A DNA stretch of 63,007 nucleotides, filler included, from Octopus bimaculoides (Eukaryota), in assembly GCF_001194135.2 (NCBI RefSeq). It is 3 parts of 3 records of this genome, joined end to end, with 100 filler letters (N's around TTAATTAATTAA, not from the genome) between each part and the next. Parts side by side here need not be neighbours in the genome. Positions count along the whole stretch, not along the records: positions 1 to 31,808 come from NC_068985.1; 2 more parts are not named here. One strand, written 5' to 3'. The first letter of the stretch is position 1; every line of letters begins with the position of its first letter. Shown here piece after piece: positions 12,666 to 26,075 of the stretch. A model generated the notes under the pieces. That model did no database searches and was not told the DNA's origin. It saw only the letters and a program-made list of their open reading frames with translations. Made by a program: the position numbers and the translations under genes.

Positions 12666-13734
12666 GAATATATATATATATATATATATATTGTCGTTTG
12701 TTCCTTCTCGAGCCATNNNNNNNNNNNNNNNNNNNNNNNNNNNNNNNNNNNNNNNNNNNNNNNNNNNNNNNNNNNNNNNNNNNNNNNNNNNNNNNNNNNN
12801 NNNNNNNNNNNNNNNNNNNNNNNNNNNNNNNNNNNNNNNNNNNNNNNNNNNNNNNNNNNNNNNNNNNNNNNNNNNNNNNNNNNNNNNNNNNNNNNNNNNN
12901 NNNNNNNNNNNNNNNNNNNNNNNNNNNNNNNNNNNNNNNNNNNNNNNNNNNNNNNNNNNNNNNNNNNNNNNNNNNNNNNNNNNNNNNNNNNNNNNNNNNN
13001 NNNNNNNNNNNNNNNNNNNNNNNNNNNNNNNNNNNNNNNNNNNNNNNNNNNNNNNNNNNNNNNNNNNNNNNNNNNNNNNNNNNNNNNNNNNNNNNNNNNN
13101 NNNNNNNNNNNNNNNNNNNNNNNNNNNNNNNNNNNNNNNNNNNNNNNNNNNNNNNNNNNNNNNNNNNNNNNNNNNNNNNNNNNNNNNNNNNNNNNNNNNN
13201 NNNNNNNNNNNNNNNNNNNNGTGATGGTAAATCAACAAAAAAGTACTCCATCTGGCGAGAGATCAATATTATTTAATTAACACAATATATGTTTTTATAT
13301 GCTAATATTAGTTTCTTGCGATGAAAGCATACCGGACAGTATTTTTTAACACGTCTGGAGTCTCAGCGCAATCTTCAGGAATTACCCTCGTGCTATAACA
13401 AGCTAAAAATAGGACGATAAGATAAGAGAAAAAAGCGAGAAAGAAGTAAATATAAAAGATGGAAGGTTGAAAAACAGGAAAACGAAAGAGAAATCAGAAA
13501 GAAGCAAAAGGCAGTGAATTAGAGTTATTACCCCTTTGGCCGTAAAATATAAGCCTGAATCGATAGTGACATAGTCTGCAGTACAGCTGCTCAATTTGGA
13601 GAGGGTGGTACTTTCCAATTCGTCAGCAGAAACTTAGACATATGCTTACAACCGCTGAAAATTCAGTAGTGTGTTAGAGTTCTTAGATCTACTCTGCGGG
13701 TTGGTTGGTTTTAGGAATGGCATTCATTCGTAAA

Positions 13735-13856
13735 GCCATGTCAAAACAGATACAGAAGTTTGGTGCAGTCTTCTGCTTAGCCGGGTCCTGTCAAGCCATC
13801 CAACCCATGCCAGCATGGAAGGCGGACGTTATACGTTGATGATGATGATGGTGATG
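13735..13856 (+). mobile_element. 3' tail of an RTE-type LINE or RTE-tailed SINE ending in (GAT)n
   Basis: GTCAAGCCATCCAACCCATGCCAGCATGGAAGGCGGACGTTATACGTTGATGATGATG. The same tail occurs at 43866-44092. Confidence 0.75.
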
Positions 13857-14408
13857 ATAATTATGATACGCACAAATACATGTGTATGTGTATACACGCA
13901 CGCGCGCGCGCACACACATACCCATGCACACACAGACACACACGCACACACACACACACACACACGCACACACACACACACACACTCATAGAGTATGTAG
14001 ATTTAAAATAAAGTATCCATTACTATTACACAGTAAAAAAATCCAAAGATGAACAGTTAAAAACATAAACTCTTGTTTATGTTTTTAAGAAATATCACAC
14101 GACGGTCGCCATCGTCTTCGCCGCCGTTGCCGCCGTCGTCGTCGTCGTCGTCATCATCATCATCAGCAGCAGCACCACCACCACCACCAACAACAAGAAC
14201 AACAAGAACCACAACAAAAACAACAACGACTGTGATTTGAGAGATATATGTCATTAATTTTAATGTTAGAGTTACAAGTTGATTAAAAGCTACACGTCAC
14301 TAATTTCACTTTTATTTATTAATTAACATTCAATAGACCACGAACTAATTTAGCAGAAACTGAGTAGAAACAAACTTTTATGTTTTCAGCTTCTCTAATC
14401 GTTTTTTG

Positions 14409-14475
<67 letters not shown>

Positions 14476-14560
14476 TGGGGTCGATTTAATCGATTAACCC
14501 CCTTCCTTCTGAAACTACTGTTCCTGTGCCTGAATCGAAAAGGATCATCATCATCATTGA

Positions 14561-14768
14561 GAGCGGCAAGCTAGCAAAATCGTTACTGCGCCGGGCAAAA
14601 TGCTTAGCGGCATTTTGTCCGTCTTTAATTTCTGAGTTCAAATTTCGCCGAGGTTGACAATGCTTTCATCATTTTGGGGTCGATAAAATAAATACCAACT
14701 GAATACCGGGGGTCGATGTAATCGACTTACCCCCGAACTTGCTGGCCTTGAGCCAAAACTTGAAACCA
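14561..14768 (+). mobile_element. SINE of the GCGGCGAGCTGGCAGAATCGTTAG family
   Basis: GAGCGGCAAGCTAGCAAAATCGTTACTGCGCCGGGCAAAATGCTTAGCGG...TTCTGAGTTCAAATTTCGCCGAGG...GGGGTCGATGTAATCGAC. Confidence 0.85.
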
Positions 14769-14891
14769 TCAATATTATTATTGTCATCGTCATCTTCATC
14801 ATTATTATCCTCATTATTGCCATCTTCGTTATTATTATCATTATGATCGATATCATCATCATCGTCATCATCGTGGTCGTGGTCGTCGTCG

Positions 14892-14931
<40 letters not shown>

Positions 14932-15529
14932 TATTATTATTATTATTATTAGTCTCTTTTTTTTCTGTTCTTCTGATAAATCAGATCTATCCAATTAAGC
15001 GTGGATTAATTATTTGAACTGTGAGAGGTTAATTGAACCTTAATGTCAAACAGAAACAGAACATTTCCGTTCAATATTCCCTGATTAAGCGTTTAAGTTT
15101 GAAGACATCATCAATGACCAAAGTTACTAGATATCATCGGAGAAGGACAGCTATTAAACAAAGACTATTAACCAACAATTACTAACAAAAGCAATTTGTA
15201 GTCAACAGCTATTAATAAGCAACAAATATAAAATATCTACTTAATATTATTAAACAGCACTTACTAAATATTAATTATGTTCTAAGTATTATTAAACGAT
15301 AGTTATTGAACATTATGTACTAAACATTATTAAATAGCAATTAAGCGACAATTTCTGACTAACAATTATCAATCAATAATTATTAATCAGCAATGATTAA
15401 TCAATATCATTAACCAACACTTTTTATAAAACGTTTTCTTGAGCCCTAGAACTTATAAAGCCAGTTAGTCGGTTTCCATGGTATACGTAAATGATCGAGA
15501 CTAGGACATTCCTCTTGAACAGAGGGTTC

Positions 15530-15736
15530 GAGGCCACTAGTTTTGAGTGGGGTGGGTGGGGGACAAGTCGATTACATCGAGCCCAGTACTTGACTGGTAT
15601 TTTTATGTTATTGACCCCAAAGGGATGAAAAGCAAAGTTGGCTTCGTCGGGATTTGAACTTAGAACTTAAAGAGGCATATGAAATGCCGCTAAGCATTTT
15701 GTTTCGATGCTCTAACGATTCTGACAGCTCTATGCC
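15530..15736 (-). mobile_element. SINE of the GCGGCGAGCTGGCAGAATCGTTAG family
   Basis: Reverse-complement match to 14561-14768 and 9128-9394. Confidence 0.8.
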
Positions 15737-15779
15737 TTTAACTAGCCGTTATTGACCATCAATTCTTAACCAAGACAGG

Positions 15780-16200
15780 TCCAAGTCACAAAACTTCGGT
15801 TATCTGTGTTACAGTCACTTCGAAATTTTTGACAAGATATTCGCGCACAACCAAGGCAAAAAACTCCTTCATCTAAGGACCTGTTGCAGTAGAGTTGTGC
15901 AACGTCTCTGGGTGTGTATATTTGGTCTTCAGAGAATTCTTTCTGATGGTCTCCTTTTCAACACTCATGATATTGTTTTTCTTCACTGATGAAGACTTAA
16001 TCTATGGATACCCTTCCACAATTGGTATTTGTAGACGCTGTCGAAGTGATATGATGCTACGACATTCAAAGGTTGTTTTTTCTGTCTCCTTGTTGTAGGC
16101 AACCACGGTTACGATCACTATTTCCGGAAGTAGTTAGTTAACAATTACGGCTTGGGTCTTATGAAAAGTCCAACTGTGTAACTTCAAACTTTTTATGTAT
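15780..16200 (-). mobile_element. Decayed 5' part of a mariner-like element
   Basis: The minus strand gives MSVEKETIRK... and ARISCQKFRSD, resembling the mariner N-terminal HTH (R.CQ.WF.KFRSGD). The end sits at a TA. Confidence 0.45.
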
Positions 16201-16845
16201 GTGTATAATTAAGAATGTATGCATGCATGTATGTATGCATGTATATATACACATAAACAGATTATTTATATACACGCAAACACACGTTCAGGACGACATA
16301 AGAATATAAAGATTAATAATTGATTACTTATATAGACATCATTAATTTGATTTCATTAATCACATATGCTATCAATTCCGACCAAGATTATCGATGGACG
16401 AAATTAATAGAATTTTAACCAAGCGTGAATGCTTACAAAGTCCATTACTGGACGGAATCTAAATTACTGACCGATTCTAATACGTCCAGTCTTTTATTCG
16501 TCTCTACCTTTAAACTATGACCATAGAGTTCGCATATTAATAAGTCAGTCACATCAATAAATAAAATCCTTTAACGTCAGTCTCACAATGTTCTTCATTA
16601 TTTTGTGCCGTCTTGGAACGAAGTTGCCAACCAAACAAATTATTCAATATAAAGTATGTTCTCCTTTTTCCTATTTCAGCATTTCTCCTTTATCATAATA
16701 ATACTGAAGTTTATTTTCTTTACCCTTTTATATTTCTTCAAGCTGAAAAGTAGGAATTGAGTTCAAGATTGCAAAGACACCTAATTCCTTACATTTCTGA
16801 GTTATACTTGTTGATTATTTTGTCTTATTTTGCTTCATTCTACAT

Positions 16846-17087
16846 CAATGGTTTTCAACCACTTTTTACTATGGAGCCCTTTCATTCCTATTTTACTTTA
16901 CTGGGCTCCCATATTAACAAAAAGTCCTGTTATATTTTATAATTATATATTATTAGGAATTGCATGAAAAATTGTTAAAATATTTAGCGTATTGTAGAAG
17001 TATAACCAATTTATTTATCATAAACTTTAACAACAAAATCTCATATGGGTCCCCAAGGGCCATACGGACCCCAGTTGAGAACCATTG
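16846..17087. mobile_element. hAT-type MITE (242 bp)
   Basis: TIRs CAATGGTTTTCAACC and AGTTGAGAACCATTG, with an 8-bp target-site duplication TTCTACAT (16838-16845) / TTCTACGT (17088-17095). An 8-bp TSD is characteristic of hAT. Confidence 0.85.
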
Positions 17088-18045
17088 TTCTACGTCATCT
17101 TGCACTGTTTAACTTTGCATCACCTCGTCCCATCTCACTTCGCACTGCCGTACCTCACATCACACCGTCTCGCCTCTTATCACCTCGTTCTACCTCACCC
17201 CATCAACCTCGCCCTACCTTGCTTAGTCGCACCTCACATTATTTCGTCTCGCCCCATCTCGTCTCACTGAACTTCATTTACCTCTCCCACCTCACTTCAT
17301 CTCACCTCGCCTCATTCAGACAAATTTGATTCGACTGTCTGGTCAGTCTTCACCCCGTTTCGCCCCACCGATTACACCCCATTCTGTTATGCTTCCACTC
17401 GCTTCATCTTCTTTCGAATCTAACTGCCTCACAGCACACGCCTCGTCCTGCCCAGTCCTGACTTGCTGTCTTACTCTGCCTCGACCTATTTTGCTCTGCA
17501 AAAACTCGCATTGCCTCGTCTCACGCCAAGTTCAGTTACGTCGTCATTCTTGACATCAAATATGTTATGTTATCTCTGCATAGATCTCAATCTCTCCAAA
17601 TTAAGCACAACAAACTACAAACACACGGACGCGCACACACACACACACACACACATATATACATATATATACNNNNNNNNNNNNNNNNNNNNNNNNNNNN
17701 NNNNNNNNNNNNNNNNNNNNNNNNNNNNNNNNNNNNNNNNNNNNNNNNNNNNNNNNNNNNNNNNNNNNNNNNNNNNNNNNNNNNNNNNNNNNNNNNNNNN
17801 NNNNNNNNNNNNNNNNNNNNNNNNNNNNNNNNNNNNNNNNNNNNNNNNNNNNNNNNNNNNNNNNNNNNNNNNNNAACCTCAGACTGTACACAGTGGGCTA
17901 TGTCTCAATTTCGTGTGCGCTGCTTCTAAGTTATGTATTATACGTGCAGCTTCCTTTTTCGCCCCTTTTTTTCCTCTTCTCTTTTTTTTTGTTATAAACA
18001 AAAGATGAGCATATCAAAAATAAACTTACACGCATCCAGATGTAG

Positions 18046-18537
18046 CTAAATAATATATTGATTACCAACCTCCAGCCTGTTGTTAATTTGGGGTCCTAGT
18101 CTGCGTATGAGCATAGCTTCCTTAATTCTTAAATTACCCAAGTTTCTTTCATTGGCCTCAATTGTGACTGTTATGCTTTTGTCGGTGTTCTGGCATTTAT
18201 CTAGATGTTTTCTGAAAGAGGAGGCTCTCGTGTTCAGATATTCTTTGATGTGGATGTGTAACGGTCTTGTTGTGCTATCCACATAGAACTTGTTGCATTT
18301 GTTACATTGTATTCTATACACAACATTTACCTGTTGGCATAAATCTGTGTCACGGATGGGACAATTTGCTAGTGTGCATTGATTGTTGTCCCTTGTTCGT
18401 TTCTTAGCGAGGTGTCCTCTCAGAGAGGGGCCGGAGTGGGCTAGTTGTATGTCTAGCCCTTCTCTTCTTATGGCTCCTCGGGTGGCTGTAATTATCTTCG
18501 AAAACATTGGGGAAAAACACAACAGGAATGCTGCCAC
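18046..18537 (-). mobile_element. Penelope-like retroelement 3' fragment with a C-terminal GIY-YIG endonuclease (probably inactive)
   Basis: CTLANCPI..DLC..NVVYRIQCNKCNKFYVDSTTRPLHIHIKEY..SSFRKHL..C...LRIKEAMLIRRLGPQINNR matches the PLE GIY-YIG pattern. YIG is degraded to YVD and RxxEH to HIKEY. Confidence 0.9.
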
Positions 18538-19921
18538 AGCTAGATAAACACGTGAACTGAACGAGCGGAGGCTGCGCTTGTTGGGAGAGTGTATGCGAGC
18601 TTAGCGCTCACTAGTGGTCGCTTGTATGAGACTCGCTTGTACTGCTGATTTGCACTCATACAGCAAATTACTCGTACAATGAAGCACTCGTACTACAAGG
18701 TTCTACTGTACAATCAAATTCCAGGTATATCTATTTGTTGGTATATTCATTTTATTACACTTATTAACCCTCTCCGATTTCCACGAAAACCATTCCACCT
18801 TCCAAACCATTTACATTTATTTATATGTCCAATTTCAAATATTCTACAGAGTTTGAAAAAAACATCTTTCGGTGAAACTTCGGAATGGCTGCTAGACATT
18901 TTATTATATAAAATGTTTCTATGTCATATATGGAGGTCTTTGTTCAGGTAAATACAAGTGCATTTCACACGCACGCACACAGACATACGTACACACAGAC
19001 ACTCACAAACACACGCACACACACACACATACACATGCACACACATGCACACACACACATGCACACACACACATGCACACACACACATGCACACGCATTG
19101 ACAAATATAATACAACCATTTTCACACATACATCAATGTATACTTNNNNNNNNNNNNNNNNNNNNNNNNNNNNNNNNNNNNNNNNNNNNNNNNNNNNNNN
19201 NNNNNNNNNNNNNNNNNNNNNNNNNNNNNNNNNNNNNNNNNNNNNNNNNNNNNNNNNNNNNNNNNNNNNNNNNNNNNNNNNNNNNNNNNNNNNNNNNNNN
19301 NNNNNNNNNNNNNNNNNNNNNNNNNNNNNNNNNNNNNNNNNNNNNNNNNNNNNNNNNNNNNNNNNNNNNNNNNNNNNNNNNNNNNNNNNNNNNNNNNNNN
19401 NNNNNNNNNNNNNNNNNNNNNNNNNNNNNNNNNNNNNNNNNNNNNNNNNNNNNNNNNNNNNNNNNNNNNNNNNNNNNNNNNNNNNNNNNNNNNNNNNNNN
19501 NNNNNNNNNNNNNNNNNNNNNNNNNNNNNNNNNNNNNNNNNNNNNNNNNNNNNNNNNNNNNNNNNNNNNNNNNNNNNNNNNNNNNNNNNNNNNNNNNNNN
19601 NNNNNNNNNNNNNNNNNNNNNNNNNNNNNNNNNNNNNNNNNNNNNNNNNNNNNNNNNNNNNNNNNNNNNNNNNNNNNNNNNNNNNNNNNNNNNNNNNNNN
19701 NNNNNNNNNNNNNNNNNNNNNNNNNNNNNNNNNNNNNNNNNNNNNNNNNNNNNNNNNNNNNNNNNNNNNNNNNNNNNNNNNNNNNNNNNNNNNNNNNNNN
19801 NNNNNNNNNNNNNNNNNNNNNNNNNNNNNNNNNNNNNNNNNNNNNNNNNNNNNNNNNNNNNNNNNNNNNNNNNNNNNNNNNNNNNNNNNNNNNNNNNNNN
19901 NNNNNNNNNNNNNNNNNNNNN

Positions 19922-19968
<47 letters not shown>

Positions 19969-20509
19969 TGCACACACATACATACACGTACATGTTGAGG
20001 CAGACACACATACGCACATACACGCTAAAAGACACTGACTTAAGTCCACTCCACATATTGATCACAGGTGATAGAAATCTCCACTACTGCTATAAATTGA
20101 CCGTGAATAGAATTAATAAACCACCTCAGTAAGCCATTGTGGACGGTCTGTCGTCTTGTGATTACTTTACTACTTTCAGCGGACATGATGGAAGTCCTGA
20201 TCATATTGATTAAATGACAAACAGGCAAAAAATAACATTCCTCTCTACTTCCAGACAGATTGAGGGCTTACAAAGAATTCCATGTCCATGATAGAATCTT
20301 GTTTCTTATTAGACCATTCCTTCTAAGCTAGGTCAGCGCAAGACGTTTTTACGTTTTATTCGTTTGATTTTATACGTTTTATCTTATTTTTTTTATTGTT
20401 GTTATTTTTTTTGTTTATCTATTATCTTATTGACGTATGTTGCAGTGAGATCTTTAAAAGCTGGTTATAAAATGCAGATACACATAGTCATGGTTGAAAT
20501 ATATACGTA

Positions 20510-20604
<95 letters not shown>

Positions 20605-20788
20605 ACAGATATATACATATATATACAAATATATATATATANNNNNNNNNNNNNNNNNNNNNNNNNNNNNNNNNNNNNNNNNNNNNNNNNNNNNNNNNNN
20701 NNNNNNNNNNNNNNNNNNNNNNNNNNNNNNNNNNNNNNNNNNNNNNNNNNNNNNNNNNNNNNNNNNNNNNNNNNNNNNNNNNNNNNNN

Positions 20789-20822
<34 letters not shown>

Positions 20823-20867
20823 TATACATATAAACATATGTATATATATGTATGTACATACATAAAC

Positions 20868-20908
<41 letters not shown>

Positions 20909-21104
20909 CGCACATATGTATATACATATATGTGCACATATATATACATATGTACATACATACATGCATGCGTAATACGTACATAGATACATATATACAT
21001 GCATACATATATATATACATATAAATAAGTATAGCTCTCTCTCTCATTCCCTTTTTTTACACACACACAAGCACACACATACACATTGATACACTCACAC
21101 ACAA

Positions 21105-21330
21105 GTGGAGGCGCTTGGCGTATTGGCTAGGGTGTTGGACTCATGAATACTAAGATTGTAGTTTCCATTCCTCGAGCGGGCAACGTGTAACGTTCTTGAG
21201 CAAAATACTTGATTCACGTTGCTCCAGTCCGCTGGTAATTATGAGTAATCCTGTGACGAACTGGCGTCCCGTACTGGTTGGAAATGTATGCTCTACTGAA
21301 CCAGGAAACCTTCCCTTTGAGTCTGTCTAT
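21105..21330 (+). mobile_element. tRNA-derived SINE (GTGGAGGCGC..TGGC..TGGCTAGGGTGTTGGACTC family)
   Basis: tRNA-like head followed by CTTGAGCAAAATACTT.ATTCA.GTTGCTCCAGTCC. Related copies lie at 38630-38770 and 11560-11770(-). Confidence 0.7.
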
Positions 21331-21446
21331 ATGACTCGGGTAAGATCTTTAGCCTTTATTATATATATTTTAAAAAAATGTACCTACACGTGGATTGTTG
21401 GTGATTTTTTCCTCCTTGTTCCTTTTCTTTTGGACTTCCCTTTGTC

Positions 21447-21489
21447 GGCTGTTTCCGAAGAAGAGCTATGCTCGAAACGTAAAACAACC
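21447..21489 (+). ncRNA. Minimal type I hammerhead ribozyme motif (Penelope-type)
   Basis: Stem I GGcTGTTT (21447-54), core CCGAAGA (55-61), A, stem II GAGC-tat-GCTC (63-73), GAAA (74-77), palindromic CG, T, cleavage-site A (81), then stem I partner AAACAaCC (82-89). Confidence 0.7.
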
Positions 21490-24400
21490 ACTCTTGCCTT
21501 CTCAACTTTATTGCATATATATATATTAAAGTTAGATAAGGTCGGTTTATGGGATTACCTTAGGTTTCACGTCCATAAAGGGCTTAGTTATATGGACGTG
21601 AAACCTAAAAAAAGAACTGACAAAACGTACAGAGGAGATGATTTCGAAGTTATTTTTAACAAGATGGGAAATGACATCAGATTTAGAGCTGTTTTCAATA
21701 ATGCTATTTGTTCATATTGCATCTGATAGTCTTCTTCGAAGCAAATTAACTATTTAGTTTCGTTTTCAATGTTTTTGAAGACTTTTTTGACGTAGTTACA
21801 AATAAAATTCCATAAACCGATCTTATCTAAGTTTAATATACACTGCTCTATAACTTAGAGAGTACTTTTTTCGGATTAATGTTTTTGCATGTGCATAGTT
21901 ATCTGCTATTCCCCCGCTTTCTCTCCTTTTATACATACATACACACATACATGCATACATACATTCATACGCACACACACACATACACACACACACACAC
22001 CCACACACACCCACACACACACCCACACACACACACACATATATCAGTGGCGTGCAGTGACTTTTGAGGTTGGTCATGCAATAAATATGAGGGTTGATTG
22101 AAAAGATGGAATGTGATCAAATGAGGTTTATTTTTCAACATAGAAAATACATACATATATATATGTATATATATATGTATGTATGTATGTATGTATATAA
22201 TTATAGCTACAAAGATATATCTATAAGTAGGCAATAATTTCATGTAGAGTTGCAATTAGCTCCATTAACATAGCTATATAGCTATACAGACATACATCTT
22301 GGTATAGCTATAAATAATATAAGCGCGTAGGGAGAGCTAAAAGATGTTATTATTCATTAGCACATTCCAGCAAATGTTTTGTTGGTTATTTCTATAAATA
22401 AAGGCTCTTGTTTCTGAGCGATGTCCATCATTGAATGGGGTCAACCATACCAAAACGCAGGTGTTTGAGAGTCCGCTAATGACACGGGAGCAAATGTTTG
22501 CGTATATCATTTTCCGATGACCAAACCTGACAGCAAAAGCGTTAAGAATGGAAATACGTATCATTACGCGTGTACGCGTACACACACCACATCCACACAC
22601 ACGCACACACACACATACGCTACCACACACACACGCTACCACACACACACACGCTACCACACACACACGCTACCACACACACACGCTACCACACACACAA
22701 CGCAGAAACATCTGTATAGTTTTGTGACAAAATACAGTTTGTTTCCACTATTGAGATTCATCTTCAAGGAAATGTAAAAGAAGTGTAAGAACCCATATAA
22801 TATATTCTTGAATTGTAACAGAAATACTAAATCAGCGAATCGATAATAAGCAATGCCACTAAAGAACATATTATTACGTAGGATAGAGAAGAAGCTTTTT
22901 AAATAGGACAGTAACGGGGTGTTTTAGTGGGGAAACATTTAAAGATGATACGAGGAGATAATGAGAAATAAAAAAAATGAAGATGTTATAAGTAACCGTT
23001 GTTGGAAATAGCTAGTTATATCACAATAAAATTCTAATTTGGATATGTGTAGGTGTGTAAGGGAAAAGAATATAACTGTAATGAGTGAGCTTGAAGATAT
23101 AAAAGAATTACTTATTTAAAAAAAAATTAAATGAAGGATTAATAAAGCGTGTGCTTATATAAGTGATATGTATCATTTATAAACTTAGAACGGTGCAAGT
23201 TGTAGGATTCTCTTTAGAGATTTTGTGAAAGACAACAAACTCCAGATGCCGCAGGACCGTTAGATACCAGTGTTTCCACTTAATTTTACCTTCACGGACA
23301 TGCCAGGTCATTTCAGAGCTGCCTAAGAACTTTCGTTCCCATAGCATTCAGCCAAAAAACAAAAGACTCTCACATGCACCTATAAGTAAGTAAGTATGTA
23401 TGTATGTATGTATGTATGTATGTATGTATGTATGCATGCAAGCTTGTATACAAGCATGCATGTGGTTGTAATTTGTGTTCTAGCTCTCCGCAGTCTGAGT
23501 TTAAATCCCGTTAAGACTAACTTTGCCTTTCATCCTTTCAGAACAGATAAATAAAATACTAGTTCAGTACTGACGAACCCTCTCTCACTCCAGCAGTTAT
23601 ATAATTTAAACAGAAAAAAAAGAAAAGAATTAGTAAAAAAGATTTGGAAGGAAGCTTTGAGATTATCCTTAGTCCGGAAGAAAATTTTGGAGTGATACCA
23701 GAAAATTCACTTCTTTACTCTCAGAAGTTCAAAGTCTGAAGATTTATTGTAGGTTTGTTTGATAAAGTTTGGTATATGTTAGCACAAAAGTGGGTAAACA
23801 GCGCCGAGGGAGGTACTGAGTGAGACATCGTAATGCAGCACTGGCTATCACGACGGAGAGGTACAGAAATTAAATGGGCCAAACATCAATGAGATGTACT
23901 GATAACACCCCAGTGTTCATGTTTTGTTTTACGTAGATTTAAATCCAATTCTTGCCATGAATACTATGGTACAGAATGAATTGTTGCTGAACCATTAGAG
24001 CGTCGACAAAAATGCAGTATTTGTTCCGGCTGTTACGCTCTGAGTTCAAATCCCGTTGAGGCCAACTTTGCTTTCCATCCTTTCGGAGTTAGTATCGACT
24101 TACTTCTTCCCCTTAAAATTCAGATCATGTGTCTAAATCAGTAACCACTCTTTCTAGTTGTACGGTTAGCATTCAGGTCCTTAACAAAATTCTTGCTAAA
24201 TCACTCCTCAGCCTTTTCTCATCAACTTATTCGGGTAAAACATTTTTCTCAGTTACAAATTCTATAATATTGAACGAGAAACAGAGAAGGCAATTGTTTG
24301 AGTGCTGGATACAAAGCATTAAAATATAAGGGTCACATTCCTTCCACCGAAAGCCCGTGTCTCTGCGAACTTGATAATAACCATGTAATTAAAGTTCACT

Positions 24401-25354
24401 TTTTAAAATTTATTTCATCATACTAGTTTTATAAATATAGTTTTTGAAATTTCAAATTATATTTTATCAAACTCCTCGTTATAAAAATATGCAGAAGAAA
24501 AATAGATTACTTTCTCGAAGCATTTACCTCTAACTAAAATTCATGTGAACACACGACAATCAAATAACAATAGGATTAATAATAAAAAGAAGATTACGAT
24601 TTCAACGAACCAGGCCAAAAAATTTCGCCATCACTAATGTAGCGCTTTTGATTGGCAATCGTAATTACGCATGCGCTTAAACAAATTTATATTTGAAAAA
24701 TGAGGCTTTGGAAATCGGAACAATGGTTATTTGATTATTATTTTATGACGCTGTTTTAAGCATTAATTTTACGTATTTTGCACATAAACTAGCAAGTTCT
24801 TTCCATTTATCTTGCAATTCTCTAGTTATACATGCATGTATGCTTCCAATTTCGCATGACTAACATGATAATCATTGGATCATTATGAAACGGATGTTAA
24901 AATGTTTATAGTTATCTTCACTTTATTTGTTATATCTGAGAAGAGTTCTCTTTGTAACTTTCAAGAATTGAATTGGTTGTACAGAATGACTTTTTAATGG
25001 TCTGTCACATTATTATCCTGTGTTAGTTATTGACCAAGCTAGCAGAAGTGAGATTACACGACCAGATTTCCCTGTTCTCCATATAAATATCAATAAAAAA
25101 TATACTTAAGATCGTACACCAACGAGTAACACCTCATAGCAATCGCATGTGTGTATGTGAGTGTGTGTGTGTGCGTGTATGTGTATGTGTGTGTGGGGGC
25201 AGGTATGTATGCGTGTGTATATGTATACACACACACATATATATTCATACATTTATATATATATCTTCATACATTTATATGTGTGTGTGTATGTGAGTGT
25301 GTATATATATATCATATATATATATATATATATGGCAATTTCTGTCTGTCCGTC

Positions 25355-25560
25355 TGTCTGTTACCATCTTGCTGCCCAAACCAGGGAACCAATCCTCACC
25401 AAACTTTGTATACATGTTGAACTAACCTCCAGTTCAATTAAAGACTAATTGGATTATAATAAAAATCGATAATGGATCGACTACGAGGTTTAGGCTATTG
25501 CACGATAAAATGAGAGGGGTACAAAAGTGTTAGGTACAGAAAAATGTGGCATAATGAGGG
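25355..25560 (+). mobile_element. Probable non-autonomous Helitron-like repeat, 5' part
   Basis: (TA)n followed by a (CTGT)n tract and AACCAATCCTCACCAAACTT, the layout typical of microsatellite-bearing non-autonomous Helitrons. A 3' CTAG was not seen. Confidence 0.4.
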
Positions 25561-25881
25561 TGGCTGATATCAGGGAAGGGGAGGAGACAGGAAGAGACAG
25601 ACACACAAGGAATGTGAGAGACAGAGAGTTGATATATATATTCTTTTATTATTATTATTATTGTTGTATTTTGACCTGAAGATTAGCTATATTTTTGAAT
25701 AGAATTGATTTTCGATAGTTATATATATATATATATATATATANNNNNNNNNNNNNNNNNNNNNNNNNNNNNNNNNNNNNNNNNNNNNNNNNNNNNNNNN
25801 NNNNNNNNNNNNNNNNNNNNNNNNNNNNNNNNNNNNNNNNNNNNNNNNNNNNNNNNNNNNNNNNNNNNNNNNNNNNNNNNT

Positions 25882-26075
25882 TGTATTTGTTTGTCCCCCA
25901 CCATCGCTTGAAAACCGGTGTTGGCGTGTTTACATCCCCGTCACATAGCGGTTCGGCAAATGCGTCGATAAAATAAGTACTAGCTTTACAAAGAATAAAT
26001 CCTGGGGTCGATTTGTTCGACTAAAGGCGGTGCTTCAGTAAGGCCGCAGTCAAATGACTGAAACAAGTAAAAGAA
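25882..26075 (+). mobile_element. SINE-associated repeat, same family as 6944-7143
   Basis: TTTGTCCCCCACCATCGCTTGAAAACCGGTGTTGGCG...CCTGGGGTCGATTTGTTCGACTAAAGGCGGTGC...GACTGAAACAAGTAAAAG. Confidence 0.85.

Noticed and set aside
24640-24685. CCAAT plus NRF1-like TACGCATGCGC; similar motif clusters near 27835 and 29880
   Set aside because: These are short motifs with no linked exon or TSS evidence, and are expected by chance or within repeats.
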